Source of the DNA: Tubulanus polymorphus
Lineage: Eukaryota; Animalia; Nemertea
DNA length: 64,000 bases
Assembly: GCF_964204645.1 (NCBI RefSeq)
Contig: NC_134026.1
Span: 28,802,150 to 28,866,149, forward strand
Reading direction: 5' to 3'
Within the stretch, counting starts at the first letter, position 1, and each line of letters begins with the position of its first letter. Below are positions 40,068-51,820 of this stretch, piece after piece. The notes under the pieces were generated by a model. It had not been told where the DNA came from. It saw nothing but the letters and a program-made list of their open reading frames with translations, and did not search any database. The position numbers and the translations under genes are program-made.

Positions 40068-41861
40068 TATGGTGGCTGATAAGGGCCATAGCGTAAAATT
40101 CCTGGTATGTAAATGAGGGCGCCAGAACGCCAGAACGCCAAAACGAAAAAAACCGTCCAATTTTCTCTAAAAGTTCGTTTTGGCGCGCCAAAACAAAGAA
40201 AATTCCGTTTTGGCGCCCCCGCCAAAACGAACTTTCATTTTGGCGCCCCCGCCAAAACGAACTTTCGTTTTGGCGCCCCCGCCAAAACAACGAAAAACGT
40301 CCAATTTTCTCTAAAAGTTCGTTTTGGCGCGCCAAAACAAAGAAAATTCCGTTTTGGCGCCCCCGCCAAAACGAACTTTCATTTTGGCGCCCCCGCCAAA
40401 ACGAACTTTCGTTTTGGCGCCCCCGCCAAAACAACGAAAAACGTCGAAATTTCTCTAAAAGTTCGTTTTGGCGCGCCAAAACAACGAATATTCCGTTTTG
40501 GCGCCCCCGCCAAAACGAACTTTCATTTTGGCGCCCCCGCCAAAACGAACTTTCGTTTTGGCGCCCCCGCCAAAACAACGAAAAACGTCGAAATTTCTCT
40601 AAAAGTTCGTTTTGGCGCGCCAAAACAACGAATATTCCGTTTTGGCGCCCCCGCCAAAACGAACTTTCATTTTGGCGCCCCCGCCAAAACGAACTTTCGT
40701 TTTGGCGCCCCCGCCAAAACAACGAAAAACGTCCAATTTTCTCTGAAAGTTCGTTTTGGCGCGCCAAAACAACGAATATCCCGTTTTGGCGCCCCCGCCA
40801 AAACGAACTTTCGTTTTGGCGCCCCCGCCAATACGAACTTTAAACCACGTAAAATAATTCTATATATACGTAAAATATTTTCATTTATGCAAATTTATGC
40901 AAATTACACACAAGATCAACGCGCCAATTTGAAAAATAATTTTACTGTGGTTGAATGCTTGTTTTGGCGGGGGCGCCAAAACGGAAATAACCGCGCCAAA
41001 ACGAACTTTTCTTTGTTTTGGCGCGCCAAAACGAACTTTCAGAGAAATTTCGACGTTTTTCGTTGTTTTGGCGGGGGCGCCAAAACGAAAGTTCGTTTTG
41101 GCGGGGGCGCCAAAATGAAAGTTCGTTTTGGCGGGGGCGCCAAAACGGATTTTTCTTTGTTTTGGCGCGCCAAAACGAACTTTTAGAGAAAATTGGACGT
41201 TTTTCGTTGTTTTGGCGGGGGCGCCAAAACGAAAGTTCGTTTTGGCGGGGGCGCCAAAATGAAAGTTCGTTTTGGCGGGGGCGCCAAAACGGAATTTTCT
41301 TTGTTTTGGCGCGCCAAAACGAACTTTTAGAGAAAATTGGACGTTTTTCGTTGTTTTGGCGGGGGCGCCAAAACGAAAGTTCGTTTTGGCGGGGGCGCCA
41401 AAATGAAAGTTCGTTTTGGCGGGGGCGCCAAAACGGAATTTTCTTTGTTTTGGCGCGCCAAAACGAACTTTTAGAGAAAATTGGACGTTTTTCGTTGTTT
41501 TGGCGGGGGCGCCAAAACGAAAGTTCGTTTTGGCGGGGGCGCCAAAATGAAAGTTCGTTTTGGCGGGGGCGCCAAAACGGAATATTCGTTGTTTTGGCGC
41601 GCCAAAACGAACTTTTAGAGAAAATTGGACGTTTTTCGTTGTTTTGGCGGGGGCGCCAAAACGAAAGTTCGTTTTGGCGGGGGCGCCAAAATGAAAGTTC
41701 GTTTTGGCGGGGGCGCCAAAACGGAATATTCGTTGTTTTGGCGCGCCAAAACGAACTTTTAGAGAAAATTGGACGTTTTTTTTCGTTTTGGCGTTCTGGC
41801 GTTCTGGCGCCCTCATTTACATACCAGGAATTTTACGCTATGGCCCTTATCAGCCACCATA
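40068..41861. mobile_element. Non-autonomous foldback DNA transposon with long modular inverted repeats and 6-bp TSD (AGGATC)
   Basis: Ends tatggtggctgataagggccatagcgtaaaattcctggtatgtaaatgagggcgccagaacgcc are perfectly inverted. AGGATC lies at 40062-40067 and 41862-41867. Arms (about 40068-40840 and 40960-41861) are arrays of a 144-bp unit made of 30-bp subunits, around an AT-rich spacer of about 120 bp. No transposase. Confidence 0.9.
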
Positions 41862-44768
41862 AGGATCAGAAAAAAACCCAACTTGAATATGCAGTTGGCC
41901 AAATGTGCGTATGAGGAGACGGGGCCTTCTTTCTTAATGCACAGTATATATGGTTATATATATATATATCTTCGACTTGTAAATGTGTGCTGACAAGGAA
42001 TGACCAAAAGACGTCAGAAAACTATTGAACTGATTATTCTTCTGAATCAGCGCAAATTAAGCGCAAACATCAGTCATTGGTATATCAAGTATATGCCGAT
42101 ACGAATCGAGAGAACCGTGAAATTAATCGAAAAAACCCCACGTCTATTGATAACGACTGCACTGCGGATAGCGAATTATCCACCTCAACAATTTTATCGT
42201 CGGATAAACGACAAGGAATGATTGTCATCAACAACAAATGGACGTCCGCGTGATTTATGCGTTAGGATCGAGGAATCAGTCTTTCCCGCGATTATGAAAT
42301 AAACATTCGTGAAAATCGCAACTTTTTCAATAGTTGACGAAGATACGGAAGAAAGTACAAAATTGAAGAAAAATTAATAAGTGTAACCTAAAAATGACTT
42401 ACGATATGAGAACTTTTAACAACTGGTGGTGTATATCCATCATCAGAGAAGAGAAATTGAGTGAGACCCGGTGTTTTAGTGGTTGCGATCGTAGTTCATC
42501 GACGCAAGTTGTTTTCGTCGGTAGTTGTTCGGCTCACTACGCGGAGTAATACGCCTTGATTCTGGAAGTCCAATAAGTCATTCAATCATCTCCTATATAA
42601 GACGGAGGTACGAGTCAGGTGGTATATTCAGGGTTACTGGGGAAGGCATACCGCTTTGCGGCGTATTTTAAATGTATCTTTCTGTTCAAGCAGAGCGTTA
42701 GTTCAAGATTTGAAGATCGGCAACAGCTCGGCTATCGGTTAAAAACGATCGGTTTGTGGTCCGCAATTTTCTTACAAAATTGACTTTAATAACGGTCTTC
42801 ATTTTTTAAATTATTTTATGATCAATGCCTTCGTATTATCTGACCGAAATTTATATAGTATATCTACACATCACACTTTCCAACTATTCAATGAATTACT
42901 CTAAGTCTACGAATTCTTCTCGATCTCGGATATCTTTCCAAAAAAGAAATAAAGCCGCGATGGTCGGATCGATATGATATGTATATATAAAGTCCTGGGA
43001 GGAATGAAAACTATTACCTTCTCATTTATTCCGCGTGTAATGGTAAACAGAATGGAAACTATGTCCGGAAATGATTGGATGAACATCTCAAGAGACCTAA
43101 GTTCATGAAATACAGGATAGATCGTGATTATGTTACTGCGGATAACGTAAATACTGATACTAACTACCGTTTCAGATTTTGAATAATGCCTATCTATTCC
43201 TATAGATGGCGAATACTCCCCTGATGGCAGCAACGTCCACTTCGCGAAAAAATACTTTTCCGCTTAGCCTTTCTCCCTTTTTCATAGCTAACCTGAGAAC
43301 TGCGGTCAAACAGTAGGAACAATATTCACCAAGCTGTAAATGTTTTTGGAGTGAACAATTGGAACAGAATTGCGTTTATATTCTACTATGAATAGAAATG
43401 AAATTCGGGCTCCGCGAGATGTGAACACGTGCCTCGCGTTTAGTGTGTGGCCATCTGCCTACCATCATAGACCGATTCGACAGTTTTCTAATAAAAATCT
43501 TAACCTTAATGATAATAATAACAATGTTGTTTATTATGAGGGAAAACTGACTTAGGATCTTGTCCAAAATCCATTTCAAGTTCTTGGTTCAGTATTGCGT
43601 ACTCTTATACTAAAATAAAACATAACTGCCAGCATATGTTGTATTGAGTTATTGTAGGGTACTTCGCAGCTGACTATAGCGCGGTATCAACAACGAGTGT
43701 TAGTGCGTGTATAACATAGGATCCAACTTTCCAATAACACCGGGACATTCATTATTGTACTAGCCCAAATTTCGAGGATTCTTGGTGGCTACTATTTCGT
43801 CTACCGCATTGAGAATTATTGGTAAGTTAACAGCTGCTGTAGTCGTCGTTATCCAAACGGCAATTGAATGGGTTAATCCGAACCTTGTTTATAACGGAAG
43901 GGAATCGTTACTCTCAGTGCGCTGTGCTAACAGTAATTTGCTCTTCGAAGGCCGTACCGCTGTGACATTCAATTGTTCAGAAACTGTCTTGGTAGATGTA
44001 CAGCAAGTAGACTGATCACTTGTGGATTTCATATATCGAATTTGTAACAAGGTAAATAGTAGATATGTTAGTGTAAATAAAGATGAACTTGAAATCTATA
44101 AGCGATTGATAATATTATAGATAAATCAATAAAAGTGTAAAAACCAGTCGTATAAATGTAATAGAGTAACTCAAATTTGTACACGATACCGGCGCGGTAA
44201 GCTCAGTGGTAAGTAATCCTCATAAGATTTATTGCAACCTGGACGGTTCTGAAGAATAAATATGATGATTATATTACAAAGAATCTTTCTTCGAATATAA
44301 AGAAAATTTCTATGAATTTGTGAGAAAAGGGTTGATAGATTTCTTTTAAGAAGAGCACTTTCGTTCTGTGGTTGTGGTTTTTTGTGTTCGATTTTCGATG
44401 TTGGAATATTTTGTCGAATAAGACGAATTTAGACAAACGAACCAATCGTAGATGCATGGTTTGAGGTTAAGGAAATACATTTTTCTTTGTTTCTCTTCAA
44501 TCGTTCGGATAATCCCCGCTCATAGGATTCACTGAGAATGCGCACTCATATGACTTCGTCTAATCGTGAGGAAGATCTCGCATGTTAACTAATGTAATCA
44601 AATTAAGTTTTCAGTTCTACGTGAATTGTGTCGTTATTATAATTCCACATCACCAATATAGGTCAAATTAATTTATCAGTAATCTATTATATGGTATTCA
44701 TTATCCCAAGAATAAGAACAATACGGTGTTTCGGTGCAACTGATTTCTGAATAAATTATATCAAATTA

Positions 44769-44988
44769 GGCTAAAAAAAATTGATACCTTGTTTCCCCGC
44801 TCTGGTGAGCTTAAATGTTGACCCGGCCGGCCGCCTATCTACCCTATACATAACTTTTTTTTAAATCGTGATCAATTTTACCATAACAGACCCGGCCGGT
44901 ATAGAAATGAACTGTTTATAAATTTTATCATATTTGACAAAAATGACCCGGCCGCTGCGGAGAAACAAGGTATCATTTTTGTTTAGCC
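44769..44988. mobile_element. 220-bp MITE with TIRs of about 31 bp and TTA target-site duplication (Zator- or PIF/Harbinger-type)
   Basis: tta-ggctaaaaaaaattgataccttgtttccccgc ... gcggagaaacaaggtatcatttttgtttagcc-tta, with three internal gacccggccg motifs. Confidence 0.8.
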
Positions 44989-45266
44989 TTACATCTGATT
45001 TTGGTATAACCTTCGGCCCAAGGTATCAAAAGACCACAGTGCAGGTAGTAGTACGTAACAGATGTGTGCAGATATGTAGCATATTTTATGTAAATTGTAA
45101 GCGAAACATTAATAAAGAGACTGTGATACATAAACAATCGAATGAATTAAAGCAGTTTGAAGAGCTAGTTTCCCGCAATCGATAGCGGTCAGAGCACCAT
45201 CATCATCACGACAGTCAGTTAAGAATATTATTTCACCGGTTTCATATATGTGTTTCGTGTTTTTAG

Positions 45267-47734
45267 ATGGCGAGTGAAGTTCCAATCGCTAAAAGTTGTC
45301 CGAAATGCGACCTTCCCGACCCACTGAAACGTAACAAAAGCGTTGATGTATCTTCCTATGAGCTTCCAGGAGCTTACACTTATGAGGGTGTGCCATTAGC
45401 ATATTTCACTAAGGTGGAACACATCGAGAAAATCAGAAACCTTCATCTTAGAGAAGATGATGTAATCGTTGCTTCGTATCCAAAAACAGGTAATTTTTCC
45501 CGAGTTTTTCAAAGAATGTTCGGTTAAATGACATTTTGATTTATCATAGTCAATTTTTCAGAAAATGCCAGTTTTATTTTTTTTTCTCCATTATGATAAT
45601 AGTGGTTGCTGTATGTGTAGATGTTGGCGTTATCCTCAGTTGATTGCGTTGGTAATCCCCCATCAGCGCTATCACTTAACCGTGCCCAACTAAAAAACAT
45701 TGATCCCTGTACGCACGCTCACGAATTCCATCCATCATCGCGGATTAAAGGGTGATGTAAGAATAGCGGCCCTGGAAAAGACAATTTACGTAAATCAAAC
45801 GTAGACTAACAAATCTGTAGTGGATTTATACAATGTACGTCACTGAGTCGGGATGGGGTTTTGGGATCGGGATTCGATCCTTGTTTTGGTTCCGATCGTA
45901 CTTTCACTATTCGATCCTGGTGGGTCTGTGTGAAATGGAATTTCAATTCGTGACAAGATCTGAGATTAAAGAGTCATAATTTGCCATATGCATATATGTA
46001 TTGTTAGATGGTGATGATGCTCCTCGTGTATCTCCTCGATTCTCGCGCATCTCTTCGATATTCTTCTCGATACGCCGCATATCAAGGCAATTACAGATAG
46101 CTGTCAGTGTGACAAGTCTTCTGGAAGCCTACGGGGAACATCGTATTGACAAACCAGTGCAAATAGAATGAGAATCACGTCGCATCCAATTCCACATGTT
46201 ACCGTATCGAATACACCTTCACATCTTGGCAATTTTCAGCCTGTAAAGAATCCCATACATCCAAACGTTTTTAAAGGTTATTTTGTATGAGAAGCATCAT
46301 GCGATTTAACTACACGAGTCGGTGAAGCGATTATTTCCACCATCGGACGTGTTTTATAAAAACCCCGATATCAGATTAGTTCACTAAAACTTCCTATTAC
46401 ATGTCCATGGTATACATAAAATAGGCCTCGCGCAGTTAAAGCGCTTAATCATCGTTATTGGTCACGAGTAGTCACGAGATTGTCAAGTAATCATAATGAC
46501 ACAGATAGTCGCTCAGTTCTAAAAGTGAGATATATTGATATATTACAATATATACCGGTTGTAATCATGATTACAGGCAATCTATCAACTTAGTCCTGTG
46601 ATATTGATATGTTGAGGCGCAACCAGTGGAAAATGTCTTATAGTCGTTACTACCTGAATGAACAGTTCTGCGCGGTTATGGCTGTCCCCAAAAGGTGTCC
46701 AAGGTCTAGTGGAGGGGTTTGTGAAGTTTGGGGTAGTTTGGGTGTGTGGACATGCTTCTTCTTCCTGCTTAATTCCTGAAATAATTCACATTTCAAGATA
46801 ATGCATGGAATAACAGATCAAGTGAATGAAAAAAAAAACATTATTTCGCATGACTTGATATCCGATGTCTTAAATTACACCTTTCCAATGTGGACGTGGG
46901 GGAGGTGGGTCAAAATGTTAGCAATTTTGTGTGGACGTCTTTTATGGACAGCCCCTGACGTATTTCTTTTATTTTGTAGGTACCACATTGACGCAAGAGA
47001 TCACGTGGTTGATTCGAAACAATGCCGATACTGAAGCAGCGAGCAAGAGTTACAACTACGTCAGAGTACCCTATCTGGAAAACTGTTTTCCACCAGAAAG
47101 TGATGGTATCCTTCTACTGGAACAGCTCACGCCTCCTAGACATCTTAAAACCCATTTACCGTGGCATCTGTGTCCTCAGAAGTCCATTATAGATGGCAAG
47201 CATACGAAGGCCATTTATGTAATGAGAAATCCGAAGGATGCTCTGGTGTCTTATTACTATTTCTACTGTTCGTGCGCTTCATTCGGTCAGTTCCCAGGAA
47301 CCTGGAGCGACTTTTTCGAGTTGTTCTTGATGGACAAATTGTGTTATGGGAACATTTTAGATCACTACGTTGGCTGGTGGGCGATGCGCGATAATCCGAA
47401 TATTCTCCTGTTGAAATATGAAGATATCCTGAAAGACCATGCCGGGCAGATTCGGCATATCGGAAAATTTCTTGGGTATGATCTATCTGACGATACAGTA
47501 GAAACAATCAGAAATTTCACTACATTCAAGAAAATGAGCAAGAATCCGATGACGAACTACACCAGTATACCCGAAGATATAGATACAAGCATTGTACCAT
47601 TTATGAGAAAAGGCCAAGTCGGAGATTGGAAGAATCATTTTACAGTAGCGCAGAATGAACTGATGGATATGATCATTAATAAGAAATTAGCCGGGACAGG
47701 GCTCACTTTTGAGTACGATTCCACGAACAACTAA
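45267..47734 (+). CDS. Cytosolic PAPS-dependent sulfotransferase (SULT1-like), two coding exons
   Basis: Exons 45267-45489 and 46980-47734 (phase 1) rebuild the 5'-PSB loop SYPKTGTT. Also present: catalytic LKTHLP, 3'-PB RNPKDALVSYY, and RKGQVGDWKNHFTVAQNE including the KxxxTVxxxE dimer motif. Confidence 0.93.
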
Positions 47735-48879
47735 TGCTTTATCAAAATGAATATCTTACTTTTTAGGTTTCGTGGTTACTTAAATGTATGTATCTGCATC
47801 GTGTATTGTATTAAGAGTTAATTTATACCATTTGATTTCGCGGCTTTAAGAATGTATGTGAAACTAATGTGCTTATGTATACCCAATATACAATATATAC
47901 TATATATACTTATGTACTCGACTGTTCAGTTTTTTCGGGACCCTGCATATATATTCCATATTGAGACATTACTTTTTTCTTCATATCTGAGACTTACAGC
48001 AATCGAATCGAATTTCAAAATCTTGACCGTGGAATTTCATGATTGCGTAACCTTTTATCGATACTCGTCTTGTCGGCTGTGATCGGAGAAACGCTCCCAT
48101 CTCCAAAATACATACAAATGACCTCTGAGGTCTGGCATGTTTCGCATGTCTGTCGACAGGTCCCGTCTTTAGCTCCGCCCCTTGATGGAAAACGCGCAGC
48201 GCATGGAGATACAAGATCCAGTATCAGAGCAGATCTTATCGGTCGCTAACGATGGAATTACCGACTCCAAATTGGGATGATTTTCACAAAAATGGAATAA
48301 CATCGGATCTTGATCGGATGGATTGGCTACTTGTAAAAAGGCGAATGCGAGCACATGAATGTCAACGAAGTGGCTGGCAAATATTGGATCCACTTTCGAC
48401 TTCACTGCCTTCAAAATCAAAGAAATATAAAACTTTATGGAGCGAAGGGGAGGAAGAGATTCATACACGTTGTTCTGATTCGGCGTCGCCACCACCAACC
48501 ATAAAAGGTCACGCAAAGAAAACGTGCCCCTTAAAAGTACCAGATGTAATTGCAGTCCAGAAAAAGAAGGTACATAAGATATAGCCAATGAAGGCCGACT
48601 ATTAAATTGCCGAGAGTGAAATGACAGTTATTTTCTCCCTCATTTCAGTTTAAGGGAAATTTCACGGGTTGCCGATTTTGCCGTAATAATGGTGAATTAG
48701 AGTCTGTGTGGAAGTCACATAATTTGAAGGATTGGAATGGCAATTGCACGTGTCCTATCTTGAGAAAATACGTCTGTCCTTTATGTAAATTAACAGGTTC
48801 GTTTGGAATTATGCACAAATCTGCGTAAGTTTGGCCCTTTTAATAATGGTAAATGAAGAAGCGTATATCTTCAACTGAC

Positions 48880-49136
48880 CAGGGGCGGATCTAGGTAATT
48901 TGGAAGACTGGGATCCTGGAAGAACAAAGGAGGCATTTCTCCGATAAAGCAGCCAAGTCAAAGACTGCCAATGCGTTGACAGCGTGGTCCCGTCCTCAGA
49001 TATTTTCGAAGAAACATCCTGGCAACAATTTCTGAGAGGATGAATGTCAAACGTATAAGTTTTACCGATCTCTGTCTTGATGAAAAGGGAAAGTAAGGGT
49101 GTGGACCCCGAGACCACCCCTAAATCCTCATAACTG
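48880..49136. mobile_element. Degenerate hAT-like MITE remnant
   Basis: Left end caggggcggatctagg and a decayed right end ggaccccgagaccacccctaaatcc..ctg. No clear TSD. Confidence 0.35.
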
Positions 49137-50177
49137 TTGACAAAATTCTTAACGTTCGAAAGATATATTGTATTTCAAGTACCAGTTAGTTCTATGTATA
49201 TATTTTGCTAATTTAATTTTCTAGGGGATGAGGCTCACACTACCTCGTACTGTAAGACAAAAAAGGTCGCGTCTCTGAAAGAAATATATCATTCCAAATT
49301 TAACAGCGCTGGCAAGAAAGGATAGGCGAGCAGTGCGTTACACATCTGGAAAGTTTAGATCACGTTTTAGAATTGACGGCAGCCGATCCTTATGATTATC
49401 AGCTATGGAAAATTAATTTCGATTTTTCATAAAGAATAAGCTACATTTTGATTTAAAGACCTCATATTTTATATAACGTATCTTTAATATAACATATAAA
49501 TATATATATACATGTCCCACAAAACTGGGTCAATCTAATCTGTTGAATGTTAATACTTTGCGCGCGGTGTGTGTGATGTTGTGTGTGCTGGTCTGTCATC
49601 ACTGCACCTGTGCATCTGCCGATTAACGGCACATTACATGCCCTATTAAGAAACATCTCAGGGTATGGAATAAGCATGAACGTTCTATACTATATTTGAT
49701 ATTTTATAAAAATGTTTTACATTCCCTACTTTTATTTAGCTAATAAAGATTTATGTACATGCAAAAGGTATTTCTGAAGTTCAGCAGATTTATGACCAGT
49801 TGAAAGCGGACGAGGATGTTATTCGAGTTCGAAATGTTCCGGTCAATGGTAAGAGGGTGATGAATATTCTATTCAGACTTTTTTCTAGAATCTTCGACGT
49901 GTGTTGGATTTAGGCATCGCATGGGTGAGACACAAAATAACGACAGTAAGACATTCTGCATTGTAATAATTTATTCAATCGACACTACACGCGACAGTTA
50001 TACACATAATATACATGAAAATTAAAAGTGAATCAATAATTGAAATGGACAGATAGGAAACGAACTCGGTGAATGTAAAAACATGTTGTGATCCACTCTC
50101 GCCTATTTGGACCGATTCACTGAGCAAAATAAAACTTCTCCATATCATATATCACAGATAGAAAAGAATATCCGAAA

Positions 50178-51488
50178 CTAGTTCAAGTTTTCGGTTTGTT
50201 CCTTGTATTTCCAAGCTTCGCTCATAAACTTGGTTATTTGTGTATTATGTCTATGAAAATATAAACGCCGATCGGATCTGTCGACTGGCAGCTGAAAAAA
50301 GAGACATTAAATTTCACTACGAGGATCTAACAATGATTGAGAAAATTGATGAATTAACGAATGAAACTCACCAGAGGAGTTGAGATCCAACCACAAACCT
50401 GAGCTTCAGTCTGGGGCATCGTAAACTTCTTAACAGGTTCTTGACGCGCTCTTCGAATGACTTTTAAAAAGTGATCTACAAATACAGCGGAGCAAGGAAG
50501 TGGATGACAGAGCATGTTCGTGTGCTATCGGGGAATAGCCATAACCTTGAATGTTGAATTTCATGAAATAACAATTAATTGAATGCTTACCATCTTCTTC
50601 TCCTTCTTCTGAATCATGCTTTGAATTTGGTTTGCCAGTTATGGTGTGCACTGAAAATATCAAATTTAAATTTATAAGTGTGTGCAATGATGGCGTGTTA
50701 TATTCTGCCAGGGCCTGCCAACTCGATAATCTCCGGGATCAATTTCACGAAGAAGTGTAATTTAAGAGTCCATTTCATTTCTTTATTGATTTAGTTTTAA
50801 GGCCTCAATCGATCTAAGAATTAATCCTTTTTGCGAAGCTGGATACAAAGCAAAAAAGGATTAGCCTAACTAAAAATTGGGTTTGGAACATTTTGGTCAC
50901 AAAGTCAGAGGGTCTCGTCCCTCAGGCTCAGAGGTAGCTCCTGTAAAAACGATATGTTAATCCTGTGTCGTTATCTTTAGAAACAGGATTAACATAAAAT
51001 CATTTTTACATCCTAAATCCTACTAGGCTACACACAACTCAGACTGGCTGATTATATTAATTAGCGGGGTTTCATTTAGCCGGCGATACATCCCTTTTTG
51101 GTACGAGCCTGGGCTCTGCCCTCTATCAAGGCTAACTTGTGACATGTGTCCATGCCATGTGGGTCACTCACAGCATCATCATCATCATTTGACGGATCTT
51201 TAGAAGGCTTTTCAGCCTATTTTTATCCGTTTCGGTGTCTCACTTTGCCGTAAGACTAAAAAAATACACACGGACGGACAGTTTCAGTAACCCAGCCTTC
51301 GCGTTTGGAATAAGATAAGTCATACTACACGAAAGAAACATCATAATTCTATATTACTTACTTTTTCCGAAAGGATTGATACTGTAGTTTGTGTAGATCT
51401 TCTGATGTTTAGTCTCTTTATCAATCGTTTCACAAAGAATAGCATTTTGATGAACAAAATTCAGCGGATCTTTCTCCTTGGCCGCCAT
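50178..51488 (-). CDS. CFAP144: FAM183/CFAP144-like cilia- and flagella-associated protein
   Basis: Minus-strand exons 51488-51362, 50650-50591, 50475-50372 and 50291-50178 splice in frame to MAAKEKDPLNFVHQNAILCETIDKETKHQKIYTNYSINPFGKMHTITGKPNSKHD...FLKVIRRARQEPVKKFTMPQTEAQVCGWISTPLLPVDRSDRRLYFHRHNTQITKFMSEAW..., which matches FAM183 motifs (VHQN.IL.E, QT..Q..GW) as I recall them. Confidence 0.85.
50942..51010. repeat. Imperfect hairpin/inverted repeat in FAM183 intron 1
   Basis: tgtaaaaacgat-atgttaatcctgt ... acaggattaacat-aaaatcatttttaca. Confidence 0.6.
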
Positions 51489-51820
51489 GTTGTTTATTGT
51501 TTCCTTGTTGCTAGGGCCGATACCTAAAATTAAACAAAATAATTCAATCGTCAGCCTATAATTAATGTTCAGCATTCATATTATCTACCAAAAATGAAAT
51601 ATTTCATTTCAGACATTCCAATGAAAAGCTAAATGTTTGAAATAATAAGTAAGAAAATACGTTAAACAATTCCCAGGATTCCCTGTGACGCCATCTTGGA
51701 TTTAAACTATTGTCTCGTTCAGTTTCTGTTGTTGTTTGTGTTCGCGTAAATCACTTTATAAAGCTGCTTGGCGATATCGTTTGCGGCTCAAAATATCTCG
51801 TGCATTTGGAACTAATAAGT
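51489..51820. promoter_or_regulatory. Putative bidirectional promoter region between FAM183-like and fzr
   Basis: The two genes are divergent. An RFX-like half site GTTGCTAGG (51507-51515) is about 20 bp from the ciliary-gene ATG. A YY1-like CGCCATCTT lies at 51689-51697. A candidate fzr 5'UTR donor gtaagt is near 51819 and an acceptor ttttccag ends at 52787. Confidence 0.45.

Noticed and set aside
40140-41790. CRISPR-like array of palindromic repeats
   Set aside because: The intervening sequences are themselves repeated, not unique spacers. The context is eukaryotic and there are no cas genes.
40000-41914. Four long repetitive ORFs (255-357 aa; RFGAPAKTN and FWRGRQNESS repeats) that could be read as a neuropeptide precursor
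   Set aside because: They are by-products of a stop-poor 144-bp (3n) repeat read on both strands of an inverted structure. There is no signal peptide and no regular dibasic cleavage pattern, and the region is bounded by TIRs and a TSD.
44190-44215. tRNA-like 5' end (ggcgcggtaagctcagtggtaag)
   Set aside because: No box B or cloverleaf downstream; at most a SINE head relic.
45600-45900. Possible SINE remnant in the sulfotransferase intron (similar hint near 35800)
   Set aside because: Only a box B-like motif and vague resemblance; boundaries and family cannot be supported.
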